NCBI RefSeq assembly: GCF_964355755.1
Contig: NC_092670.1
Coordinates: forward strand, 40,474,388 to 40,538,387
Length of the DNA stretch: 64,000 nucleotides
Reading direction: 5' to 3'
Source: Antedon mediterranea
Lineage: Eukaryota > Animalia > Echinodermata
Shown here: positions 24,859 to 36,800 of the stretch, one piece after another
Position numbering within the stretch: the stretch's first letter is position 1
Layout of the letters: every line of letters begins with the position of its first letter
Program-made: the position numbers and the translations under genes
Notes under the pieces: model-generated
What the model saw: the letters and a program-made list of their open reading frames with translations, nothing else
What the model was told of the DNA's origin: nothing
The model's database searches: none

Positions 24859-24891
24859 CCCCGCGAAACCCAAGTTGGTCAGGCGAGGAAA

Positions 24892-27800
24892 ATGGCTGAA
24901 GAAGAAGGTAGGCCGTTGAAGTACTCTGTTGTTTTTCTTACAATCCTCCGTTATTGATAGATTTTTTACCATTATAATATTGTAGGAAGAAGGAATAATG
25001 TTTTAAGACAAATTCTGTACGGTAGAAATTTTTAAATTTTAGCCAGATTTTTAGATTATTGTGAAATTAGACAAGCAGACTTTCGTTTCAAATCCCCGGG
25101 CGCGGCCCGGGTTCCTCGTGGTGAAAACGGTTCTTTTTTCGATGGCGTCATAGCATGCTGATATCACACGCAAGCTCAGCGCACTGATATCATTGGTCGG
25201 CTTCTTTATGGGGTCTGCCTAGCCTAGCTTTCAAGGCCTGGAAAGATATTTTTTGTGTTTCTGATTGTTAGTGACGTATACGATCATTTGAAACGGTTTC
25301 AAAGAGCTCAAAGATAGTTCGTTATTTACATTAAAGCACGTATTTCGTTTTTAATGAATTAAAATAAATTTTAGTGAATTTTGTTTGACAAAAGGGGCAG
25401 TGCCTTTTTTAGAATATCGTCTAGCCTAACCAGTAGGCTAATGATGGGACTTCTAAAATTATTTGTGTTGGCTGAATCAATTCCGCTCAGCAGCTAGGCC
25501 TAGCCTGCCTAGGTGTAGGAGAATTGAATTTAAACAGAAGACTACTTTTCCATGACAAATAATGTATTTTTATAAAATACAATTAAAAAAATTATCTGTT
25601 TTAATATTTTTAATTAGAGGCCTAGTTAGTAGGCTAGGTTTACATTTGGTTGGATTGGTCAGCTTTTATTTTTATAATAAAGAAAACTATAGCTTAGAGG
25701 CTGCACATGATATTAGGATTATTAATTGGTCCTAGGCCTACATAAATTACAAATGGAAAGTTCTGCTTTTTACTTTAATAATATTTAATTATATTTTTTT
25801 CGTATATCAAAATTATTTTATTCGATACTATATATAAAACTGAATAATTAATTTAATAAGTGTTACTGTAGTGTGATCCACTTACAACAATGTAGTACAG
25901 TTAACTTTAACTAAATTAAATATATTTATTTTCTTTGTTTAACCATTACTTCTGTAATATATATTATAAGATATTAGATGTTAATATATTAACAGTTACT
26001 GTAAAGTATTGCAAAAGGATCAATTTTATAATTTATTAATCAACAATTATTGAATTAGTACGGCATTTATTCTACTGTACTGTGTTATTGATCTTGGATT
26101 TAATATTTGAATTAATTAAAATAAAAATTATAATGATATAGTCATTTTTATTGCTGTCTACATTTAATATTTGAATCATTTAAAATAATTATAAGAATAT
26201 AGTCCTTTTTATTGCTTTCTTTCTATTTAAGTAGTTTTCAACATTAATTTCATTTCAAACTTTGTTTCCTTAATAATTGTTTAATATACTGTAGCCTGTA
26301 GATCACATGCCAATTATCAGTCAGTTATCATTCTAACTTCCGCTGTTGACCAGCTTGAATTCCTGTTTAAATGTTGATAAATGACGTGTGAATCAGAGGT
26401 CTTATTTAGGGGAATACTGTAAAAAAAAAATGGTTATACACAATTCATGATGTGAATAAAGTATCCTAAAAACTGTATATACTGTATTAATTATTACAGT
26501 AATTAACTCATCTGTACTGGGTGTACAGTATTATTATTACTGGGTGTACAGTATTATTATTACTGGGTGTACAGTATTATTATTACTGGGTGTACAGTAT
26601 TATTATTACTGGGTGTACAGTATTATTATTAATTTAAGGTACTTTACTATTAGTGTTACTGTAAGGTACAGTACTGTCTGAAAAATAAATATCTACAGTA
26701 TTGAAAAAAAAAACGCTACGTGATATTAAATACTTTTAAATTACTTTTTTTCAGTAATTACCATAGTAACTGAGGTTGCCGACGTAGAGGGGATCGCAGA
26801 ATTAAAAGTTGAAGATGTTAGTAATGTTATTACTGATGAGGTAGCGCATGTTGATGTTAACATAATTGACTCTGGTGTTCTATCGTCGGATGACGAACCT
26901 GCTAAATATAATCCATGTAAGTTTTTGTCTTGCTTTTAGTGAATATTTAGTTAGGAAAAAAAATTTAGTTGGGGAAAAAATATTTAGATGGGAAAAAAAT
27001 TGGGGGAAATATTTAGTTGGGAAAAAAATATTTAGTTGGGAAAAAAAAATATTTAGTTGGAAAAAACAATAATTAGTTGGGAAAAAAAATATTTAGTTGG
27101 AAAAAATTTAAGTGCTACCATTCCTAAAAGAAAAATATATCACAGCAACTTACAAACATTTTAAAAATTATCTACTGTCCAGCAAACTTAAAAAAAATTT
27201 AATTTCAGGAAATAGATTTCAGTTTTTAGTAATCATTTCAAAATTGTTGTGGACATAATTTTGTGAATAATAGGAAGAATATTCCAGGAATAATTATAAG
27301 GATGAATATTGTAAATTCTAAGTAATTTTAGCAATACTCGTACTTATTAGTTAGAAATAGTAACTGCAGTAGAATAATTATTATTATACCTAAAGCTCTG
27401 TCTACTGTATTTGTCAAACTAGTTTGATAATGTAGACTACACTATCAAACTATTTTGACAAAAAAGGTGTCATGTGCTTAAATATGGTAGTGATGCAGTA
27501 TACCTTATGGTAGTGATACTGTATGCCTAAATATGGTAGTGATATGACATCATCATGTCCATATATGATCACATCAAATTTGTTTGTCACATAAAGTAGT
27601 TTGATAGTGTAGAAAGAGCTTTACAGTAATCATGCAGTGTTTTACACACCTCAGATTACTAAATATTTTCACCATAACCAAGCTTGATTTGCGTTTAATT
27701 TTCTGAACTTGTTTCATTTTTTCCTGATTAAATGTGTCTGCAGATATTACAGAATGTTTAAATGCTATAAAAAAAAAAGCAATAAGAAGTATCAGGTGAA

Positions 27801-30800
27801 TTGTCTACTTGTTTAGTATTCCATAAACGTACAGTAGTATTTTTAGCGTGGATTCACGTCGCTGAATCAGGTCAGGCTAGCTTGCTGTTGGCATTTGTCG
27901 TACATGTGAAGCCACGGATTGTGACTCTATTGCCTATGTACATTCACAATGTAATTTGTCAATTCTGTAGTATGTCATTTCAGCTGCTATTTTTTCAAAT
28001 GTTAATTAGGAAATTTTATGCAGAACAAAAGAATTATTTTGTACAGTATGATACAAAAAGATTAAGATAAAAAATAAATTCTAATACAAATAATTTGTTT
28101 ACATTACAAGTAACTTGTTTTAAACTTGTACACCTTCCATGATAGTAAATCACATAGTACAGTTTTTTTTAATTTTTTTTTAAATTTGTAATTAAGCATG
28201 GGCTAAGCCAAATTCATACTGTACTGTAATCCTTACAGTATGTCTGTACTGCTGTAAATAAAGTACAAGAGTCATTAATATTTTATTCATTTTCTGTATA
28301 TCACTGGATGGTTTTCAGTTCTCTTTTGTGATACTGTATAAATTATGTTGATGCACACAACATTATAAATATTAGAAACTTCATCTTATTTTGAATAAGG
28401 AAATAAAATGTACAAAAACTGCAAATTAATGTTTACCAGTTGGCTATAGAGTACTGTAGATAAACTAAACTAGTTAATTCCTTTTGTTCTGTCTTTATGA
28501 CAGTATCTACTATCTTTTTCATTAGTATGTTCTGATGTCAAATCATAATACTAAAGTATTCTTAAAAAGTGTACATCATACTTGTACTGTACAGTAGTTT
28601 AAAAAAAAAAATCGTAATTTAAACAAATTTAAAATGATTAATATTTATATACATGTACAGTATAAAAGGAACCAGTCCTTGCCGACTAGGGACCACTGAT
28701 TTCTTAACATAGTAATGTAAATATAACCGATGTATACAAGTATAAAATATAAACTAAAAATTAGTATGTATATTGTATAAATATTATTTAATTTTGTTTT
28801 AGTTGCTGGTCAGAAGCGGGCGTTCCCAGGTGACATCACCGATGGTGGTCCTACTTCCAAGAAGTTGTATGGTAAGTTGATGAGCTTGCATCCATTAACA
28901 TTTACAGTTAAGGTCAGGTGCATGCAAACATTTACAGTTAAGATCAGGTGCATGCAAACATTTACAGTTAAGATCAGGTGCATGCAAAAATTTACAGTTA
29001 AGATCAGGTGCATGCAAACATTTACAGTTAAGATCAGGTGCATGCAAACATTTACAGTTAAGATCAGGTGCATGCAAACATTTACAGTTAAGATCAGGTG
29101 CATCCATTAACATTTACAGTTAAGATCAGGTGCATGCAAACATTTACAGTTAAGATCAGGTGCATGCAAACATTTACAGTTAAGATCAGGTGCATGCAAA
29201 CATTTACAGTTAAGATCAGGTGCATCCATTAACATTTACAGTTAAGATCAGGTGCATGCAAACATTTCTATTGATCATACATTCTATTCATTCTAATAAT
29301 TATCGATTTATAGTTTCAACTATTTTTACCTTTAACTAAATATTCATGCCTTTAAAAATCTTCTTTTGTTTGCCAAACAAAGGTGGTTCAATGTTTGGGA
29401 GACTTAACTGTAATATTTTAAATATTTTTATCCATACAACCGTGAATGTGTATTCAATTTTAAAAATATTAATATTATAAATGAAATATATATTTTCCTA
29501 TTTCATAAATTGGTTTTCAACGAAAGAAGAAAGTTACTTTATAAAATGATTGTTTATATCCTCTATGACAAAGAAAAAGATATGGTGTGATGTCTTATCA
29601 GTGCTAATGTATACCAGCATTTTATCTTGATTCTTGCATATCATTTTGTTCCTAATATGGTAGTGCTATACCCAAATATGGTAGTGCTATACCCAAATAT
29701 GGTAGTACTATGCCCAAATATGGTAGTGCTATGCCCTAATATGGTAGTGCTATACCCAAATATGGTAGTGCTATACCCAAATATGGTAGTGCTATGCCCA
29801 AATATGGTAGTGCTATGCCCAAATATGGTAGTGCTATGCCCTAATATGGTAGTGCTATACCCAAATATGGTAGTACTATGCCCAAATATGGTAGTGATAT
29901 GCCCAAATATGGTAGTGATATGACATCATCATCTCCATATGTGGGCACATCACATTTTGTTGTCGCATAATGTTTTATAGCGTAGACAGCGCTTAAAACA
30001 AAGAAATTGTGTATTTGTATTTAATAATAGTGATTTGTCATGGCATTTCCTTATCATTCAGTATACGGTACATGCCTATGTTTTCATACATTTTGTTTAT
30101 ATAATTACAGTGCTAATAATTATATGGAAAAGATTTAAGATTCTTTATTGGTCCATGACTGGAAATCTTTCTGTTGGCCATTATAAATTTAAAATACATT
30201 AAAACAGCAAAACGCCAAAATGAAGATATGTGAAGATATGTGTGTCATTAACATTTCAAACAATGTCCCCTTAACAGGGTTGTACTGTGTAATTGTTGAA
30301 CAACAATATTTAATTTTTGTTTTAATTTATTTTAATAATTTATTTAGTTCCTGACTTCCCAAAAGAAGACCAGGTAAAGCTTGTAGACCAAGTACGACGT
30401 CAGATACCGAAAAAAGACATTCACTCGTACAAGTCGCAAGTGAAGAAGATTGACTGGCGTGAGGTCGCTTTTGGAACATACTCAGACAGAGAATGTGAAC
30501 GCCAGTGGGTAATGCTTCAAGAGAATGTAAGTAACAAGTTTTTTTCTTTTATTGATAATAAAAGCATTTATAATGCTCCATATATCCAATCAATGATTGC
30601 TCATAGGCACGGTACATACATTTATAAAACCATTATAATAATTAAAACAACTTTAGGAAACAAGTTAAAATACCATAACAGTCTACTAAAATTCATAATG
30701 ACATTTCATAACATCTTCATTTCCAAAAAAAATCCTTTTGACGAAATTAGCAGTCATATCGGTACATCCATGGGAAAAGCACGGAATGCATCCAAAAATT

Positions 30801-33800
30801 GGATGTGTTCAGGACGAATTCTTGATGTGTCGCAGTTGAGAAGGTGTTTTCACACAGATCATAAAGAAGTTTTATGATTATGCATACAGAGTAGCCAAAC
30901 AAGCGTGTTGCATTATGGGATATGTTTCGATCGAAAACTTTGACTGGAAATCAAAGTTATTTTTGGAACAAAAAAACGTCTGTATTTCAGTTAAATGATT
31001 TTTTTTTTCTACTAATTTTTGGTGAAAGTATTATAATACTTCAAAATGAATGAAATTTTTTCCAAATCTTTTTTTTTTTTTAGAATTAGTCAAAGGGACA
31101 ATACATCTTTAACATATTTATTTCATTTCCATATTCGTTATTGTCTTCTGTAAGTTATCATGTTTATGCAACACAAGATATATCTCAGGTTGTCTTTGTT
31201 TAATTAACATGAACATAACATTAATCAATGTCTTGTCTGTTACAGATTCGTAAATATAAGACGCTGTCTGACGTATCTGCTGAGATTTTAGTGAACATCA
31301 AGGACCCGAATACGAGCCTTAAGAAATGGGTAAATGAAGTTAAAATGTACTGTTAGATTATGTATTGCTTTTGAGGATAGACATTGCAAATTTGGACATG
31401 ATCAATAATAAAGTACTTCTTGAATAACATCTAAATATAAATTGTAAATTTATGTAGAAATGTTCAATGATAATGCAGTACATAAATGACATTTAAAAAA
31501 GTTTGTTTCTTATCACACTTTAATAATTAGGAGATTGTATCCATTTTGTTTATTTGTAAAAATCAAAGCATTTTGAAGTGTGGAAATTGTGGATATAAAT
31601 GAAACATCGGAAGAAAAGAATTTAGGACATTTTAGATCTGAAGAAATGTTTGTTTTGAGTTTCCAATTTTCAGAAAGTCTGGTATTGGGAGATTTGACTG
31701 TACTACTTTACACTATTGTAGTCTTATCTTGTAAAGTAACCTACATCTATAATTTCAAATTTAAATGAAATATGACCGTGTATTTTTTTAGCAATCTCAT
31801 CCAGAAATGCCAAAGAAGCCGATGACTCCATTCTTTCAGTTCTACCATTCCAAAGCGAAGAAGTTACGAGCGAGATTTCCAGAACTCTCACAGATTCAAA
31901 TTACTCAAAAATGTTCACAACTTTTCAAAGAACTATCGGAAGAAAAGAAGGTATACACTTGCATTATTAAGCCATTTGGATCCAGGATTCAAAAAAGGTT
32001 GTTAGGGTAATGGTAAAAGTGCTGAACTTAATCTAATGTTTTAAATTTGTCATTGTACCTTTTCGAAATGATACAGCTGTGGATTCATGCCAGCCATTTT
32101 AGTTTAATAAGTTGGAAACTACAATTAATTCAAATAAACTACATAATAAATTATTATAAAAGTCATGCATTAATTGATAAATGAGATGACAGATTTATAA
32201 ATGTATACATTTTCATTTTTCAGCAAAAGTACATATCTCTGTATGAAGAACAGAATGAACAATACAAAGGAGCACTTATTGCATTCAGGTTTGTAATTAC
32301 AATAATATTCACTATCAAACTAGTTTGACGAAAAAAGTGTGATGTGCCCAAATATGGTAGTGACATACCCAAATATGGTAGTGACATACCCAAATATGGT
32401 AGTGACATACCCAAATATGGTAGTGATATGACATTATGTCCATATATGGGCACATCACATTTGATGGTGTAGACAGAGCTTTATAGGTTTAATTGGTGAA
32501 TAAACAATAGTAATGTAAGGTTTGAGATGCACCATGTTTCCACAGGAAATAAAGCTTAAGCTCTGTCTACACTATCAAACTTAATGTGACCAAAAAAAAA
32601 CTTCCTCAATTGTACTTTATAATCGTTTGAGAAACACATGGTACACTGCAGACATGACTATTGAAGCTACATGTTAAACCAATTTTATAACATACATAGC
32701 CTCATGTTATTTGATAGAGCTTCAAAAATATTGTATCATTTTCGGTTTTGAATTTAGACTCAAGTATCCAGAGTATGCTTTATTCTCAAGTAAGAAACAT
32801 AATACTGGACCACCTAAGGCTAGTACACCATATCAGCTGTGGGCAGCTAATAAACTAGACAGCTACCTGGCCAAGTACCCTGATGTAAGTATTTTAAATG
32901 AAACCGCAATTATGTGCACATATTCCATTTTACAATACCTAAGCGCTATACACAGAAACACTGGCTGTATCTGACCAGAACAATCCCAACCTTGAGTACA
33001 GTCCCATCGACTAATTAAAAAGATTGTTTTTCTTTGTAGATGCTGAAAAAGGAAAGAGATGAGAAAATGAAAGAAACATGGCGCAATTTGTCTGAAAAGA
33101 AACGCATCAAGTGGATCAAGGCTTCCGTCGAAGATGATGAGAGGTTTGAGGTAAGGCCAAAGAGGTTACATATAAATTGGCAGACTCTTTGGGTAAGGAT
33201 TAACCCTCCACTGAAGTTGTCCATTTGCTGTTAATGTATTTTTTTCTTATGTAAATAAATACCAATATAATGTATATATGTCTGTTACCAACACAAGTCA
33301 ACTACTAGGCTTATAACCAGGATTACTGTATTCTGACACAAGGTCTAGGGACACTTAATGCCCATTTAGACAAAGGTCTGTGTGAAAGGTTATCACTCTG
33401 TCTAACTCCAATGATAGTTATACCCAAATTGTCATTTTTCTAAAGGCTAGCACTGTACCAGGCATGTCACCTGGAAGGAGCCCAGTGTATGCATAGAGTG
33501 TATATAGAAAAAGGTATGGGTATATATAGTAATCAGTTGTAGTTTCTCTGTTAAATAATTTTATTTATTTGTTCAGGGTGCACTTGAGGAATACTGCAAA
33601 GGACATCCAGATTACAAACCACCAGATAAACGACCAGTTCTTACAAAAGATGAATTGGAAATGAAAGAGAGATTTGATGGAAAGCCCGATAGGCCACCAT
33701 TGTAAGTACCAGTTTCTACTACAGTCAGTCATAACAGCATTTATTTCTTTTTCTCTTTCACATTTTTTTGTTACATAAAGTTTGATAGTGTAGACAGAGC

Positions 33801-36800
33801 TTAAGAAAAGTTATCTAGAAATAACAGTTTATACCTTTTCACACAGAACTGGATATGCACTTTTCTGCAAGGAAATGTTGCCTCTGCTTGGAGACGACGT
33901 ACCAAACAAAGATAAGTTTGTTGAATGTAGTTTGCGCTGGAATCAATTAGATGCGAGCAAGAAAGAAGACTATAAAGAACGTGTCGAGAAAATGCGCATT
34001 CTGTACGAACGCGAACTCAACAACTATGTTGGCAACTTGCCAGAAAATGAACAAGAGCGGTATCACGCAGAACTTAAAAAGTTAAAGAAAAGTCCTGCTG
34101 GGTCTGGTAGAGGCACCAAGAGCAAAGCCAAGGTATATTGCTTTTTTTAATTTTTTTTAAAATAATTTTTTTGTCAATTTCATTTCTTCATATGTTGGTT
34201 CATCCATCATTATCATTATAGAATAATACTGTTAATATTTCAGTGTACAATTGATATTAGTACAATCTATACATCATTGGCAGCTTAACTGGAAAATTAT
34301 TGTTATGTTGAACCAAAAAAATACATACACAATTGGTAGCTTAATCTCGGAAGACCATGCTAATTTACACTCTTGGGTCCGACACTATTTCACCAACTAC
34401 TCAAATCTCATTATTCATATTCTTATGTTCTTGACTTATTACTATTATACACAAGTAAAACAAACAATGTTTGAATATTTAGAATGCGTCCTCCAAACCC
34501 AAGAAGCCTGTGTCTGCTTTGTTTCTGTACACAAATGAGCACAGAGCAAAATGCAAAAACAAGCATTCTGATTGGACGGACACTGAAGTCACACGGCATC
34601 TAGCCAGAAAGTTCAGTGAACTTCCAGATAAAAAGAAGGTAAGTAAATCTGTGTGTAAATTCTTGGTTGGGTGTGACTTGCTCAGCTGTCCCTTCACCAC
34701 CTACTTGATTTATATAGTTCTCATAATATTTTATTTTTTATCATTTCCCTTTTCCTTATTTTGTATCTCTATTGAGATACAGCCTTATATATATACTATT
34801 TTTATATAATATTTGTTAACATTTTTAAAAATCCCTGCTCTGTTCACATTTCATTTATTATTCATCTCCATTGAGATCCAGCCACTGATCATATTGTCAT
34901 TTTTGTATCTCTCCACTGATACCCACAGCATTGTCATTTTTTCTGTGCTTATTTTATTTTGTATCTCCATTGAGAGCCAGCCATTGATACCCACAGAATT
35001 GTCATTTTTTCTGTGCTTATTTTATTTTGTATCTCCATTGAGATCCAACCACTGATACTGCTGCATTGTCTTTTTTCAGTAATTTGCCTTTGGATTTAAA
35101 TTTATGTAACATTTTGAGAAATCCCTACCCTGTCACTTTGCTGTCCCCTAGTTGACCCTCTAGGGGCATAATACTTATATAGTATTATGACAGCTGTTAA
35201 TGAAATCTAAAAACATTTCTTGATCAATAACCAAAAAGACATAAAGCTTCATTTTTTGTTACATTTGTTATCATACACTAATCATCCCACTCCCTTTGTT
35301 GCTATGCAACCGTGCTGAAATAGTTCTCCCTCTCCGATGAGTAAATATTGCCTTAGACGTTACTATGGTAACCCATCGGCTAAGTAAACACTTGACGGTA
35401 CTAATTAATAAAATCTCCAAAATGAATTCATTAGTATCGTGTTCAGTGACACCAGATAAGACAGTAAGTACACTCCTTGAAACAAATGTATCATATAATT
35501 TATCTTTTTTAATGTTAAAATTTGTTTTTATTTTATCGTCATTATTATTACATATTTGTTTTCTTTCAGAATAAATACAAACGGATGGAGGCTGAAGCAA
35601 GGAAAGAACTGAATAACTCAATGTAAGTTACTTTGATTTTTTCCTTCGATTTCATAAATTAAATTCATTTTTACAAAATTAAAAAATTTCAATTGAAATA
35701 ATTTCTAAATATAAGATTTAAAATAAAACAAAATATTGTATTTATTGGTATTTATATTTGTTTTCAATCTCAATATTTCTTTTTATATTCGGATTTACAA
35801 AATTTTGGGTTTCTTTTCTCTTTGTATATTGACAATTAAATGTGTTTGTTATAGGGACAGTACTGCACCGTTTATTGCTGATGGACGAAAGGTGTCCGCA
35901 TTTGAGCTTTGGTCAAATACAAAACTAAACCATGTAATGGATGAACAGAAGGTAAGTTATCATTTCAAGCCTGCACCATGTCACATACTATGATAAACAT
36001 GTATACCAATTTTGTTTGAATTCTTTTTTCTCTATCTGTCTGCATCTGGACCTAACATAGCTTAACTGTGATATATTTATGGAATTTTCGTTTTTATATT
36101 TATTATCTTCAAATTATACATATTAATGTTAACAAAAATCAACAAATTTAATGTTTCTATAAATGTTACACGAAAATAATATAATAATACGTAAATCTGG
36201 CGATTAATGCATAATCCTTTAAGCACTTCACATTGCCCTTGAGTCAATAGTCCAACGTACAACACGTTGCGCCACATGCTATCACCTTAACATAGTTAAT
36301 GTTGATATATTTAATGACATACATTGCGTTACTAGAAACTGGATCTTTCAGTTATTACTTATTTTGGGTAAAAAAAATTGATAAAATGACGACATTAACT
36401 TTTTCTTCTTGTACAGGTTACAAAGCAGAAAGCATTGTTTATTCTGAAGAAAGAATGGGAAGCAATAGAAAAAAGTGAGAAGTCTCCATGGGTGAGACAG
36501 GCTGAAGCTATTAACAATCAAATTGAGGTATGATATTTTGGTATCAGTACTTCAAAAGTGTTTTAATTGGGTAGCTAACATAATAGTATTGATGTAATTG
36601 TACTTTATGCAGCCAAGAGTTACTTACCTTTGTGTTAGTCAGAGTAGGACAAACAACAAGTAAATAAAATGTTTGTGTTGGACAAAATATAAATGAATTT
36701 AGTTTATCGATGCTCTAAATTCTTTTTCCAAATTTCCACAAATTGTTTAAATAATGTGATATACATATTGATTATAATGGGATATACATATTGATTATAA

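Noticed and set aside
28810-29266. Regular 30-bp repeats resembling a CRISPR array, and overlapping Cys/His-rich ORFs
   Set aside because: The units are directly adjacent with no unique spacers, there are no cas genes, and the context is a eukaryotic intron. The ORFs are translations of the minisatellite.
29627-29923. 98-aa PNMVVL[YC] repeat ORF
   Set aside because: It is a translation of the MITE-A internal 21-bp array.
30527-30877. Extension of the 145-aa ORF beyond UBF exon 4
   Set aside because: There is a strong donor at 30527, and UBF similarity resumes in exon 31246. The extension is intronic read-through.
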